Shown: piece by piece, positions 1 to 17,469 of the stretch
How the letters are laid out: every line of letters starts with the position of its first letter
Numbering within the stretch: position 1 is the first letter of the stretch
Origin: Eledone cirrhosa
Taxonomy: Eukaryota
Length of the DNA: 64,000 nucleotides
NCBI GenBank assembly: GCA_964016885.1
Contig: OZ024748.1
Coordinates: forward strand, 57,846,001-57,910,000
Direction: 5' to 3'
Position numbers and translations under genes: made by a program
Notes under the pieces: generated by a model
Database searches by the model: none
Seen by the model: only the letters and a program-made list of their open reading frames with translations
What the model was told of the DNA's origin: nothing

Positions 1-810
1 GGGTGTCACTCTCAATTCTACTGTTTCCATATTTTCGTCAATATATATGCGTTCATTTATATAACTATCCTCTCATCATTTACATAATTATTATATAAGG
101 GAAACATGATGTGTCACATGGGCTGTTGCGAACACGTAATTACAGCCATTAAACTCTCAAAAAAGAGGAAACGTAATATGATATCTCTCAAAAGAAAAAC
201 TTGTATTATAATTAAATATAGGGAAAAGCTCCTTTGAGAATAGAGGAAAAATTCATTTCAGATTATATTGCATCTTTCTGTAAATACAACAAAAATGAAA
301 CCGTATTTAGATATTTCTAAAATGTTCTTTAACATGACGTGATGTTAGCGGAAAATGAAATATAATGATGTAACGACTGGGTAATAAATAACGAAAAGAA
401 TCGATTAATGTAATCTTTATTCAACATTTACTGATACACTCGTATATCGATGAGAAGGAAATTTACACAAAAGCATGGCATACTATCTGTGTGTTTACAT
501 AAACATTCCCAGTTTAGCTTCATCTCCTTCCATCTCGCCCTCCGTTTTTCTTTTCCCTTCTTTCTTTCTTCTTTCTTACTCATTCTCTTTATATATATAT
601 ATATATGTTTGTGTGTGTGCTGTTGTTAGATATTTATATATGTAATACGCTATCACTCTGCCTACGACATTCGCAAATATACACAACCACCCACACAAGC
701 ATACATATAAGCTCTTTGCCATTATCCATTCATTAAACATATAATGCAATTAAATTTCAAATGGCGATATGAAATATAGTTTATCTAGTTATATATATAG
801 TTATATATAG

Positions 811-856
<46 letters not shown>

Positions 857-1459
857 CCATATAAACAACTATATATAGTTATATATAGTTATATATATAT
901 ATATATAACTATATAAACATTAATATTCAGCATTAATTTTGACGCTAAACCCCATTTGCAACATGAGATATTTTTCTCCACAAAGTTCGATCACCAGCAG
1001 TAGATTTTAAAGATCAAATCCAGTCCTTAAGTTGACATTATCAAGCCATCGTTTTGGCTGCCGGTCTTTGCTCTACTCACCAGCCATCCTTCCTTCCAGG
1101 CATAGCCTACTCTTACCACGAGTTAATCATTTTATGACCCTATAGTTTGTCTGAATGTGAATGCAGGTTGTTTTTTGTTTGTGCAATGTCGTTATAAAAA
1201 CAGGATGGAAACTTAGATATTCTAATATATCCGAGGTTTAAACTGGTGCTTCATAAACGAAATTTGTTCTGTGAATTTAGTACTGCATTTCGTTACGACG
1301 TTGGAGTTCTTTTCTTATACTTTGCCTGTTTTAACATTAATTTTTAATTACGGCTAACTAATTTACTATTCCATTTCGTTTCCACATTTGGAAACTTTCC
1401 CAATTCAAATATTGTAAATTGCCAAAATTGCCACAATTGTGATGTAAATCCACTCAGAA

Positions 1460-1527
<68 letters not shown>

Positions 1528-1702
1528 ATGCTTTTGGAGGGTAATGTTGCCAATAAGAAACACACGCACCAGTTACTTTCACTTCAATTTATTATAAATT
1601 AAATTTATAAATTTAGGAATTTATAAATTTCCGGTTGGTTGGTTCCACAACCAGACGATTGTTCATATATATGGTTATAAGTGTTGTATTATGTACGTTG
1701 AC

Positions 1703-1755
1703 AGTACGTTTCTGAGGGAGAATACCAACATTGAAACATCATATGTATTCGTACT
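1703..1755 (+). ncRNA. Degenerate type I hammerhead-like motif
   Basis: AGTACG-ttt-CTGAGGGA-gAAT accaac ATT-GAA-ACAT cat ATGT-A-tt-CGTACT. Helix I AGTACG/CGTACT, helix III ACAT/ATGT and a GUA triplet are present. The CUGANGA box has an extra G and the helix I junction is mismatched. Confidence 0.3.
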
Positions 1756-1889
1756 AGAACCTATAATGGCATATATTACGAGACATATTTATTTACATAT
1801 GATTTAATTGAAATGTTCTTACTACGTTCACATAGATTGTGATTAACGTTGTGTGTGTTTGTAAGTTGGTAGGTATGTACGTTTGTTTT

Positions 1890-2043
1890 ATGTTTGTGCA
1901 TGCATTCATTTTCCTATATATATTTAGTTCTTATATTTATATTTGTTCACATATCTATTTGATTCAATGTTTGTGCATGCATTCATTTTCCTATATATAT
2001 TTAGTTCTTATATTTATATTTGTTCACATATCTATTTGATTCA
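1890..2043. repeat. Tandem duplication, 2 x 77 bp
   Basis: ATGTTTGTGCATGCATTCATTTTCC...TCTATTTGATTCA occurs at 1890 and again at 1967. Confidence 0.9.
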
Positions 2044-2861
2044 CAAAATAATATTGAACTCGCGTATATATGAATACACATTCTTTAAAGTCAATCGCAC
2101 ACTCCTGTACACAGGCAGTTATCTGCACATACACATGAATCATAAGAGAATGAGAGGCAATGAGAATAATATTAAGTATATACTAAGTTGTCGTAATTTC
2201 TGCCTGAGTTAATTACAATCTACGCTACATATTATGAGCGGATGATATATATAAAAAAAACAATGTACTTGAATGGCGATTATAATCCAGGGGTAATCGA
2301 ATCTACATATTAACAGGGATATTGAAGGATATTCTTTGATCTGGAAACATCAGATCCTCGGAAGATAATTACTTATATTTCAGCACATACAACTATTACA
2401 AGAAATATATATATATATATTCGACCAATTATTCCAGGGAGGGTCGTGGTGTGTGCATATATGTATATATGTATAAATATATTATATATATATACATATA
2501 TATATATTATGTGTTGTGTGTGCGTGTGCGTGTCTGTGTACATTTGGTTATGCACAAAAGTATATATATGTGCGTGCGAATTCATTCAATCACTGATCAC
2601 TTGATGTTTTAGTACAGATATGTGTGTATATGTATGTACAACTAAAGACTTGCTCAGTAGATATACAGAATGCGTATAGGAGGTGTCGTAACGTAGCGAG
2701 GTAAGAGAAGTTTGACGTATGGTAAGAGAAATAATCATAGATTGGATTCTTATTACAGAATTATCTCATATAAGTATAACTATTGAAAATATCTTATCTA
2801 TATAATGATATATTTCTGAGTAACATTGTTCTTAATTCTACTCACACACACATACATAAAC

Positions 2862-2862
<1 letters not shown>

Positions 2863-2892
<30 letters not shown>

Positions 2893-2989
2893 TGTATGTA
2901 TGTATGTATGTATGTATGTATGTATGTATGTATGTATGTATGTATGTATGTATGTATGTATGTATGTATGTATCTATGTATGTATGTAT
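2863..2989. repeat. (TATG)n microsatellite
   Basis: Direct reading. Confidence 0.95.
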
Positions 2990-3198
2990 TTGTGTCGGAA
3001 GTCTCCCCCCCTATTGGGGAATTTTTCATTGTTATTTTTTTTATTACATCCTCTGTTTTTTTTACACGCAGAAATGCCCATTTGTACCGTCCTGTATTGT
3101 CATGTACTGTCCTTAATGTCTACTTTATGTAAACCCTTGTGGTTAATAAAGAAAGCATTATTATTGTTGTTATTATTATTATTATTATTATTGTTATT
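2990..3198 (+). mobile_element. Short 3' UTR fragment of an L1/Tx1-like LINE with (TTA)n tail
   Basis: Shares the motifs CCCTATTG.GGA.TTT, CCCATT.GTAC and TGG...AATAAA..GAAAG, in the same order, with the 3' UTR of the LINE at 42300-42990. AATAAA at 3145 is followed by a TTA/TTG tail, and TATG-like repeats flank it. Confidence 0.5.
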
Positions 3199-3429
3199 AA
3201 TGTATATGTGTGAATGTATGTATGTGAGTGTGTGGATATATATATATATATATATATATATTATTTTTTTTTTTTATTTAGTTTTTTTTTCTTCTCCTCG
3301 TGCAATCGGCCATACTCCATAACGAGGGGGCAGCCATCATGTATTTGTGTATATATATATATATGTATACACGAACCAACATACACATAAATAAATATAT
3401 ATATATATATATGTGTGTGTATACATTTG

Positions 3430-8260
<4,831 letters not shown>

Positions 8261-8267
<7 letters not shown>

Positions 8268-11200
8268 AATATAGACATAGAATATTCGAAAATATTCTGT
8301 ATGTTTATAATAAACATTTTGAAGACCTAATCGGTATAGAATAGAATACGTCACGTATTACAATTAGATTCTCGATAAAAGCAAGGGAAGTAATCTACGC
8401 GTTTCATTCTTGTTAGAAATCATCAGGACTACATATCCAGTGCTTTTATCGAGAATGACACAGCTAGAGACTTATAGAATACTTAGCTGTGTACAGGAAC
8501 TGGTTTGAAAGAGCGGTTGCCGGTCCGGCAGAAATTAGAAATTGGAATAAATGCTCTGAAATAGCGATATATATGTGAATATAGACATAGAATATTCGAA
8601 AATATTCTGTATGTTTATAATAAACATTTTGAAGACCTAATCGCTATAGAATAGAATACGTCACGTATTACAATTAGATTCTCGATAAAAGCAAGGGAAG
8701 TAATCTACGCGTTTCATTCTTGTTAGAAATCATCAGGACTACATATCCAGTGCTTTTATCGAGAATGACACAGCTAGAGACTTATAGAATACTTAGCTGT
8801 GTACAGGAACTGGTTTGAAAGAGCGGTTGCCGGTCCGGCAGAAATTAGAAATTGGAATAAATGCTCTGAAATAGCGATATATATGTGAATATAGACATAG
8901 AATATTCGAAAATATTCTGTATGTTTATAATAAACATTTTGAAGACCTAATCGCTATAGAATAGAATACGTCACGTATTACAATTAGATTCTCGATAAAA
9001 GCAAGGGAAGTAATCTACGCGTTTCATTCTTGTTAGAAATCATCAGGACTACATATCCAGTGCTTTTATCGAGAATGACACAGCTAGAGACTTATAGAAT
9101 ACTTAGCTGTGTACAGGAACTGGTTTGAAAGAGCGGTTGCCGGTCCGGCAGAAATTAGAAATTGGAATAAATGCTCTGAAATAGCGATATATATGTGAAT
9201 ATAGACATAGAATATTCGAAAATATTCTGTATGTTTATAATAAACATTTTGAAGACCTAATCGCTATAGAATAGAATACGTCACGTATTACAATTAGATT
9301 CTCGATAAAAGCAAGGGAAGTAATCTACGCGTTTCATTCTTGTTAGAAATCATCAGGACTACATATCCAGTGCTTTTATCGAGAATGACACAGCTAGAGA
9401 CTTATAGAATACTTAGCTGTGTACAGGAACTGGTTTGAAAGAGCGGTTGCCGGTCCGGCAGAAATTAGAAATTGGAATAAATGCTCTGAAATAGCGATAT
9501 ATATGTGAATATAGACATAGAATATTCGAAAATATTCTGTATGTTTATAATAAACATTTTGAAGACCTAATCGCTATAGAATAGAATACGTCACGTATTA
9601 CAATTAGATTCTCGATAAAAGCAAGGGAAGTAATCTACGCGTTTCATTCTTGTTAGAAATCATCAGGACTACATATCCAGTGCTTTTATCGAGAATGACA
9701 CAGCTAGAGACTTATAGAATACTTAGCTGTGTACAGGAACTGGTTTGAAAGAGCGGTTGCCGGTCCGGCAGAAATTAGAAATTGGAATAAATGCTCTGAA
9801 ATAGCGATGTATATGTGAATATAGACATAGAATATTCGAAAATATTCTGTATGTTTATAATAAACATTTTGAAGACCTAATCGCTATAGAATAGAATACG
9901 TCACGTATTACAATTAGATTCTCGATAAAAGCAAGGGAAGTAATCTACGCGTTTCATTCTTGTTAGAAATCATCAGGACTACATATCCAGTGCTTTTATC
10001 GAGAATGACACAGCTAGAGACTTATAGAATACTTAGCTGTGTACAGGAACTGGTTTGAAAGAGCGGTTGCCGGTCCGGCAGAAATTAGAAATTGGAATAA
10101 ATGCTCTGAAATAGCGATATATATGTGAATATAGACATAGAATATTCGAAAATATTCTGTATGTTTATAATAAACATTTTGAAGACCTAATCGCTATAGA
10201 ATAGAATACGTCACGTATTACAATTAGATTCTCGATAAAAGCAAGGGAAGTAATCTACGCGTTTAATTCTTGTTAGAAATCATCAGGACTACATATCCAG
10301 TGCTTTTATCGAGAATGACACAGCTAGAGACTTATAGAATACTTAGCTGTGTACAGGAACTGGTTTGAAAGAGCGGTTGCCGGTCCGGCAGAAATTAGAA
10401 ATTGGAATAAATGCTCTGAAATAGCGATATATATGTGAATATAGACATAGAATATTCGAAAATATTCTGTATGTTTATAATAAACATTTTGAAGACCTAA
10501 TCGCTATAGAATAGAATACGTCACGTATTACAATTAGATTCTCGATAAAAGCAAGGGAAGTAATCTACGCGTTTCATTCTTGTTAGAAATCATCAGGACT
10601 ACATATCCAGTGCTTTTATCGAGAATGACACAGCTAGAGACTTATAGAATACTTAGCTGTGTACAGGAACTGGTTTGAAAGAGCGGTTGCCGGTCCGGCA
10701 GAAATTAGAAATTGGAATAAATGCTCTGAAATAGCGAAATATATGTGAATATAGACATAGAATATTCGAAAATATTCTGTATGTTTATAATAAACATTTT
10801 GAAGACCTAATCGCTATAGAATAGAATACGTCACGTATTACAATTAGATTCTCGATAAAAGCAAGGGAAGTAATCTACGCGTTTCATTCTTGTTAGAAAT
10901 CATCAGGACTACATATCCAGTGCTTTTATCGAGAATGACACAGCTAGAGACTTATAGAATACTTAGCTGTGTACAGGAACTGGTTTGAAAGAGCGGTTGC
11001 CGGTCCGGCAGAAATTAGAAATTGGAATAAATGCTCTGAAATAGCGATATATATGTGAATATAGACATAGAATATTCGAAAATATTCTGTATGTTTATAA
11101 TAAACATTTTGAAGACCTAATCGCTATAGAATAGAATACGTCACGTATTACAATTAGATTCTCGATAAAAGCAAGGGAAGTAATCTACGCGTTTCATTCT

Positions 11201-12250
11201 TGTTAGAAATCATCAGGACTACATATCCAGTGCTTTTATCGAGAATGACACAGCTAGAGACTTATAGAATACTTAGCTGTGTACAGGAACTGGTTTGAAA
11301 GAGCGGTTGCCGGTCCGGCAGAAATTAGAAATTGGAATAAATGCTCTGAAATAGCGATATATATGTGAATATAGACATAGAATATTCGAAAATATTCTGT
11401 ATGTTTATAATAAACATTTTGAAGACCTAATCGCTATAGAATAGAATACGTCACGTATTACAATTAGATTCTCGATAAAAGCAAGGGAAGTAATCTACGC
11501 GTTTCATTCTTGTTAGAAATCATCAGGACTACATATCCAGTGCTTTTATCGAGAATGACACAGCTAGAGACTTATAGAATACTTAGCTGTGTACAGGAAC
11601 TGGTTTGAAAGAGCGGTTGCCGGTCCGGCAGAAATTAGAAATTGGAATAAATGCTCTGAAATAGCGATATATATGTGAATATAGACATAGAATATTCGAA
11701 AATATTCTGTATGTTTATAATAAACATTTTGAAGACCTAATCGCTATAGAATAGAATACGTCACGTATTACAATTAGATTCTCGATAAAAGCAAGGGAAG
11801 TAATCTACGCGTTTCATTCTTGTTAGAAATCATCAGGACTACATATCCAGTGCTTTTATCGAGAATGACACAGCTAGAGACTTATAGAATACTTAGCTGT
11901 GTACAGGAACTGGTTTGAAAGAGCGGTTGCCGGTCCGGCAGAAATTAGAAATTGGAATAAATGCTCTGAAATAGCGATATATATGTGAATATAGACATAG
12001 AATATTCGAAAATATTCTGTATGTTTATAATAAACATTTTGAAGACCTAATCGCTATAGAATAGAATACGTCACGTATTACAATTAGATTCTCGATAAAA
12101 GCAAGGGAAGTAATCTACGCGTTTCATTCTTGTTAGAAATCATCAGGACTACATATCCAGTGCTTTTATCGAGAATGACACAGCTAGAGACTTATAGAAT
12201 ACTTAGCTGTGTACAGGAACTGGTTTGAAAGAGCGGTTGCCGGTCCGGCA
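8261..12250 (-). mobile_element. Left arm of a 310-bp HHR tandem array (retrozyme-like), ~12.9 copies, ribozyme sense on the minus strand
   Basis: ATATGTGAATATAGACATAG starts at 8261, 8571, 8881, 9191, 9501, 9811, 10121, 10431, 10741, 11051, 11361, 11671 and 11981 (period 310). I saw only isolated substitutions (8334, 9809, 10265, 10738). There is one HHR per unit. Confidence 0.92.
8368..8456 (-). ncRNA. Type I minimal hammerhead ribozyme (unit 1; repeated every 310 bp, 13 copies on the minus strand)
   Basis: Minus strand reads GUAGUC-CUGAUGA-U UUCU AACA AGAA U-GAAAC-GC-GUA^-GAUUAC. Helix I is GUAGUC/GAUUAC and helix II is UUCU/AGAA. Helix III is the palindrome ACGCGU. Helix I is extended by a perfect 16-bp inverted repeat, ATTCTCGATAAAAGCA (8368-8383) / TGCTTTTATCGAGAAT (8441-8456). 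Confidence 0.88.
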
Positions 12251-13446
12251 CCAGTTCCTGTACACAGCTAAGTATTCTATAAGTTTCTAGCTGTGTCATT
12301 CTCGATAAAGCACTGGATATGTAGTCCTGATGATTTCTAACAAGAATGAAACGCGTAGATTACTTCCCTTGCTTTTATCGAGAATCTAATTGTAATACGT
12401 GACGTATTCTATTCTATAGCGATTAGGTCTTCAAAATGTTTATTATAAACATACAGAATATTTTCGAATATTCTATGTCTATATTCACATATATATCGCT
12501 ATTTCAGAGCATTTATTCCAATTTCTAATTTCTGCCGGACCGGCAACCGCTCTTTCAAACCAGTTCCTGTACACAGCTAAGTATTCTATAAGTCTCTAGC
12601 TGTGTCATTCTCGATAAAAGCACTGGATATGTAGTCCTGATGATTTCTAACAAGAATGAAACGCGTAGATTACTTCCCTTGCTTTTATCGAGAATCTAAT
12701 TGTAATACGTGACGTATTCTATTCTATAGCGATTAGGTCTTCAAAATGTTTATTATAAACATACAGAATATTTTCGAATATTCTATGTCTATATTCACAT
12801 ATATATCGCTATTTCAGAGCATTTATTCCAATTTCTAATTTCTGCCGGACCGGCAACCGCTCTTTCAAACCAGTTCCTGTACACAGCTAAGTATTCTATA
12901 AGTCTCTAGCTGTGTCATTCTCGATAAAAGCACTGGATATGTAGTCCTGATGATTTCTAACAAGAATGAAACGCGTAGATTACTTCCCTTGCTTTTATCG
13001 AGAATCTAATTGTAATACGTGACGTATTCTATTCTATAGCGATTAGGTCTTCAAAATGTTTATTATAAACATACAGAATATTTTCGAATATTCTATGTCT
13101 ATATTCACATATATATCGCTATTTCAGAGCATTTATTCCAATTTCTAATTTCTGCCGGACCGGCAACCGCTCTTTCAAACCAGTTCCTGTACACAGCTAA
13201 GTATTCTATAAGTCTCTAGCTGTGTCATTCTCGATAAAAGCACTGGATATGTAGTCCTGATGATTTCTAACAAGAATGAAACGCGTAGATTACTTCCCTT
13301 GCTTTTATCGAGAATCTAATTGTAATACGTGACGTATTCTATTCTATAGCGATTAGGTCTTCAAAATGTTTATTATAAACATACAGAATATTTTCGAATA
13401 TTCTATGTCTATATTCACATATATATCGCTATTTCAGAGCATTTAT

Positions 13447-13452
<6 letters not shown>
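12250..13452 (+). mobile_element. Right, inverted arm of the 310-bp HHR array, ~3.9 copies
   Basis: From 12250 the sequence is the reverse complement of the unit. ATATTCACAT recurs at 12481, 12791, 13101 and 13411. The arm ends at ATTTATTCCAAT, which runs into (TA)n. Confidence 0.92.
12321..12363 (+). ncRNA. Type I minimal hammerhead ribozyme (also at 12631, 12941 and 13251)
   Basis: GTAGTC CTGATGA TTTCTAACAAGAAT GAAAC GC GTA GATTAC is read directly on the + strand. Predicted cleavage is after 12357. Confidence 0.88.
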
Positions 13453-13506
<54 letters not shown>

Positions 13507-13534
13507 GTATATATATATATATATATATATATAC

Positions 13535-13588
<54 letters not shown>

Positions 13589-13597
13589 GTATATATA

Positions 13598-13684
<87 letters not shown>

Positions 13685-13693
13685 GTATATATA

Positions 13694-13766
<73 letters not shown>

Positions 13767-13775
13767 GTATATATA

Positions 13776-13858
<83 letters not shown>

Positions 13859-13875
13859 GTATATATATATTTATT

Positions 13876-13913
<38 letters not shown>

Positions 13914-13915
13914 CG

Positions 13916-14008
<93 letters not shown>

Positions 14009-14009
14009 G

Positions 14010-14046
<37 letters not shown>

Positions 14047-14047
14047 G

Positions 14048-14084
<37 letters not shown>

Positions 14085-14097
14085 GTATATATATATT

Positions 14098-14178
<81 letters not shown>

Positions 14179-14187
14179 GTATATATA

Positions 14188-14226
<39 letters not shown>

Positions 14227-14235
14227 GTATATATA

Positions 14236-14274
<39 letters not shown>

Positions 14275-14283
14275 GTATATATA

Positions 14284-14322
<39 letters not shown>

Positions 14323-14347
14323 GTATATATATATATACGTATATATA

Positions 14348-14386
<39 letters not shown>

Positions 14387-14439
14387 GTATATATATATTT
14401 ATATATATATATATATATATATATACGTATATATATATT

Positions 14440-14514
<75 letters not shown>

Positions 14515-14523
14515 GTATATATA

Positions 14524-14560
<37 letters not shown>

Positions 14561-14569
14561 GTATATATA

Positions 14570-14608
<39 letters not shown>

Positions 14609-14617
14609 GTATATATA

Positions 14618-14649
<32 letters not shown>

Positions 14650-14659
14650 CGTATATATA

Positions 14660-14698
<39 letters not shown>

Positions 14699-14749
14699 GT
14701 ATATATATATTTATATATATATATATATATACATATATACGTATATATA

Positions 14750-14822
<73 letters not shown>

Positions 14823-14948
14823 GTATATATATATTTATATATATATATACGTATATATATATATATATATACGTATATATATATTTATATATATATATAC
14901 GTATATATATATATATATATATATATACGTATATATATATATATATAC

Positions 14949-15004
<56 letters not shown>

Positions 15005-15024
15005 GTATATATATATATATATAC

Positions 15025-15082
<58 letters not shown>

Positions 15083-15095
15083 GTATATATATATA
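13453..15095. repeat. (TA)n microsatellite interrupted by CG and TTTA
   Basis: Direct reading. It has the same CGTA...TATTTATTTA sub-motif, in the same orientation, as 8080-8260. Confidence 0.97.
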
Positions 15096-16854
15096 AGTAT
15101 ATATGTGCAAATCACACACACATCGATTCCAGAATTACACCTATCTCTATACACACTTACCATGCATTAAATACTCCCATAATTTGCGGTTTCGTCTGTT
15201 TCCACACCACAGCACATGTCTGTCGCCTCCTATCTCTGTAACGTTATATCCAGGCAGCTGTATAATATAACACACACCAAGATTTTGTAAACTGCATATT
15301 AAAATATCAAATAAATTAGAATAATTTATAACCTAATTCATTAAATAATTTATGCCATAAGAAATTCACTCAATACATGATTTGAGGTGTGATCGTTTTT
15401 TTTTTTTAATGCGTCTAAACACATTTTAAACACAATCTTATACATAGAAATGCATAAAATTCAAATAGTAATATTTTTATTGCACGGTTACTCTAGTATT
15501 ATAAGTGTGTAAGCATATATGTGTGATTGAGTTTTACATACATACACATACATGCACACACGCACATATACATACACACATAAACTCATGCATCCATCCA
15601 TACATACATATGTGTGTATATGTGTTTCACATGGTATGAAATAGATATATTTGATGTGAATGTTATTGGTTTGTATTGATCGATAGGAATCCAATATAAT
15701 CTTGGTAATTACAGTATTGACAACAGATAAAAATAAAATAACAAACAAACAAGCAAACAGAAAAAAAACAATTCATTGGTCACAATCGGATCGTGAGGAT
15801 TTGAATGTGCTGTCACGTTTGAAGATCTTCACTTGTATCAGTCTTACGTAGTTATTATCATGACTTATGTGCATTGAGAACAGTATACGAGATTATTTCA
15901 AATCCAAGGTGTAATTCAAAAGATATGTGAATTGAACATAGTTTCATCATGAATCTATTTTACCATGATAATAGAATTGACCTACATTTTAATATGTATT
16001 TTCATCTTCTGCAATCCAAGATTCAGAAATATTAATTCTCTAGTCTATTGTTATAACTGCCTGCCATGAAATTCTTTGTCTTAAATTGGTATTACACACA
16101 CATTTGTTACGTTCAAGTGTTTATTATATTCTTATATTATATAATAGTAAACGTCATTTCATTAGCTATAATTCTAGCTCTTACAGAGACACCCGTGAAA
16201 GCAAGCCTCTTAGTGTTTAAGTTATTTTATTCAACACAGTAAATATACTAATTTCTGGTCTCGGTGGTGCGTTGTAACGTTAATTTTTTTCGTGATTCTG
16301 GAGATCATTATCTCGCAAAAATGAGTTATACCTGTAATCCATTGGCCCTTTAATTTGGCCATTACATTTATTTAACCCAAATTTGCCCTGTACCTGAATC
16401 AGAAACCAATTATTTTACCAATAAATGTAAATATATTTATATATATATTAGTACAAATATTTTGTATCTGTTTATGTATTTACGATTTTATTTGTATGTG
16501 GAAACATTGGTTTGGGAGCTAGCTTTTCTCGTGCAAACTAGCTTTTCTCGTGACACTGAGTCCACGTAGTTTGCAAAAATGAGTTAAAATCTAATTCATA
16601 ATATTTTCAATTTTTCCATTGTTTTTCACATAAAGATATAAGTAAAATACATTATATAACTTCAGAAGCATTACATGCAAGAAACAAATAAATTTAGACG
16701 GTAAAAACAAGCATTTCAAAATAATGTTCAGCATAGACACGATCCACCCTTACAATTAATCATTCCACCAAACATATATGTATATATACATATAAAGTTT
16801 TAGTAAAATAACAGGAGACCGGACTTATGTTCCATTAAACAGTTATTGTTGCAA

Positions 16855-16911
<57 letters not shown>

Positions 16912-17092
16912 ACAGACGTACAGTAGTATGTATATATATATACATACATGCACATATATATATATATAAGTACGTATGGATTCACCGAACATTTATTATA
17001 ATGCTCGGTGTGTTTGTAAACAAACATCCCGAATTAAGCCGTACAGTGTCTAGCAACCATCGTTGCTCATTTGTTCAACACTGACAAAGAAA

Positions 17093-17134
17093 CGCTGTAC
17101 TAGTTTCAAACTTATTGCGCTATCGTCAGCAACG
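17093..17134 (-). ncRNA. Type I minimal hammerhead ribozyme
   Basis: Minus strand: CGUUG-CUGACGA-UAGCGCAAUAAGUUU-GAAAC-UA-GUA^-CAGCG. Confidence 0.72.
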
Positions 17135-17428
17135 TATACCTTCCTGCCAGATGGTGTGAACGTCTGAAAGTATATATCGAGTGAGTTAATCGGCCGGGGT
17201 ACCGAAAACGATAAACGGAAAAAATGAAACGAAATTCCATTTCTCACTCTTAGTACGGCTGTTACTTAAATATAAGTGTGTATACGTACATACATATATG
17301 TATACAGACGTACGAAATGCAAATTATGCTGCTCAGCTGTACGATATGCAAATTAGGCTGTTCAGCCGTTAATATGCACAAGGAAAGTAAATACTTTCAG
17401 ACGTTCAACCATCTGGCAGGAAGGTATA

Positions 17429-17469
17429 CGTTGCTGACGATAGCTAATAAGCTTGAAACTAGTACAGCG
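17429..17469 (+). ncRNA. Type I minimal hammerhead ribozyme
   Basis: CGTTG-CTGACGA-T AGC TAATAA GCT T-GAAAC-TA-GTA^-CAGCG. Helix I is CGUUG/CAGCG, extended by GGAA/UUCC. Helix III is the palindrome ACUAGU. Confidence 0.8.

Noticed and set aside
8261-13452. CRISPR array or ordinary centromeric satellite
   Set aside because: The units are wholly identical with no unique spacers, and the context is eukaryotic. The embedded ribozyme and head-to-head inversion fit a retrozyme-like insert better than a plain satellite.
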